From Somniosus microcephalus (taxonomy: Eukaryota): DNA of 64,000 nucleotides. The stretch is from assembly GCA_052327205.1 (NCBI GenBank), contig CM126204.1, positions 340,690,001 to 340,754,000 of the forward strand. The letters run 5' to 3'. Positions 63,097-64,000 of this stretch are shown here, in pieces; the stretch's first letter is position 1, and the number at the start of each line of letters is the position of its first letter. The translations under genes and the position numbers were made by a program. The notes under the pieces are model-generated. The model had not been told where the DNA came from, did no database searches, and saw only the letters and a list, made by a program, of their open reading frames with translations.

Positions 63097-64000
63097 ATGA
63101 CAACAGAGAAGGTCATAGACTTAGGTAGCAGTGGGGAAATTAAAAACCAGAGTGTGTCAGGAAGGGGCAGAAGGTATGGAGTAAAAGGTAAAGTAATAAA
63201 AAGGGCAAAAGCAGGAACTAAGTGTCACAAAACATATTTGAAAGTTCTCTATCTGAATGCACGTAGCATTCGTAACAAAATAGACGAGTTAATGGCACAA
63301 ATAACTACATATGGGTATGATCTTGTGGCCATTACAGAAACATGGCTGCAAGGTGACAATGCCTGGGAATTAAACATACCAGGTTATTTAATGATCAGGA
63401 AGGACAGGCAGGAAGGAAGGGGAGGTGGGGTGGCTATGTTAATAAAGGAAGGAACCACTGTAATACAGAGAAATGATATTGGGTCAAAAGATCAGGATAA
63501 TGAAACAGTTTGGGTGGAGATAAGGAATAATAAGGGGAAAAAAACACTAGTGGGTGTAGTCTATAGGCCTCCGAACAGTTGCAACTCGGTTGGACGGAGT
63601 ATCAATCAGGAAATAGTTGAGGCTTGTAATAAGGGAACATCTATAATTATGGGGGATTTTAACTATCATATTAATTGGACAAATCAAATTGGGCAGGGCT
63701 GCCTTGAGGATGAGTTCATTGAGTGTATTAGGGATGGCTTTCTTGAGCAGTATGTAACTGAACCGACCGGGGCACAAGCAACCTTAGATCTGGTCCTGTG
63801 TAACGAGACAGGATTAATTAAAAATGTCCTAGTAAAGGATCCCCTTAGAATGAGTGACCATAACATGGTGGAATTCCATATTCAATTAGAGGGTGAGAAG
63901 GTTGGATCTCAAACAAGCATGCTTAGCTTGAATAAAGGAGACTATGAAGGTGTGAGAGCGGAATTGAGTAGAGTGGATTGGGAAAATAGATTAAAGGGTA
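63097..64000 (+). CDS. CR1 ORF2 N-terminus (APE endonuclease), open to the window edge
   Basis: Manual translation has no stop: YLNARSI, ITETWL, GGGV, YRPP, GDFN, LDL, SDH. Confidence 0.88.
   Translation, partial: MTTEKVIDLGSSGEIKNQSVSGRGRRYGVKGKVIKRAKAGTKCHKTYLKVLYLNARSIRNKIDELMAQITTYGYDLVAITETWLQGDNAWELNIPGYLMIRKDRQEGRGGGVAMLIKEGTTVIQRNDIGSKDQDNETVWVEIRNNKGKKTLVGVVYRPPNSCNSVGRSINQEIVEACNKGTSIIMGDFNYHINWTNQIGQGCLEDEFIECIRDGFLEQYVTEPTGAQATLDLVLCNETGLIKNVLVKDPLRMSDHNMVEFHIQLEGEKVGSQTSMLSLNKGDYEGVRAELSRVDWENRLKG

Overview
Eukaryotic (vertebrate) DNA made up mostly of transposable elements; the HE1/V-SINE, Deu-type SINE and CR1 families point to a shark. I found no intact host gene. The window holds five Gypsy LTR elements with resolvable LTRs, PBS, PPT and TSDs, several of them nested, and three solo LTRs of one family. 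It also holds many CR1, L2 and RTE LINE pieces, SINEs, a hAT element with an internal minisatellite, a family of Harbinger-type elements and MITEs, and a Penelope-like inverted repeat. At the right edge a CR1 begins, preceded by a 76-bp monomer array. The most notable item is a 2-kb non-autonomous LTR element (27344-29322) whose RT/RNaseH/integrase region is replaced by a ~125-codon fragment of the host gene RALBP1, fused in frame to the element's protease. This resembles retroviral host-gene transduction. Family names come from motif recognition, not database searches.
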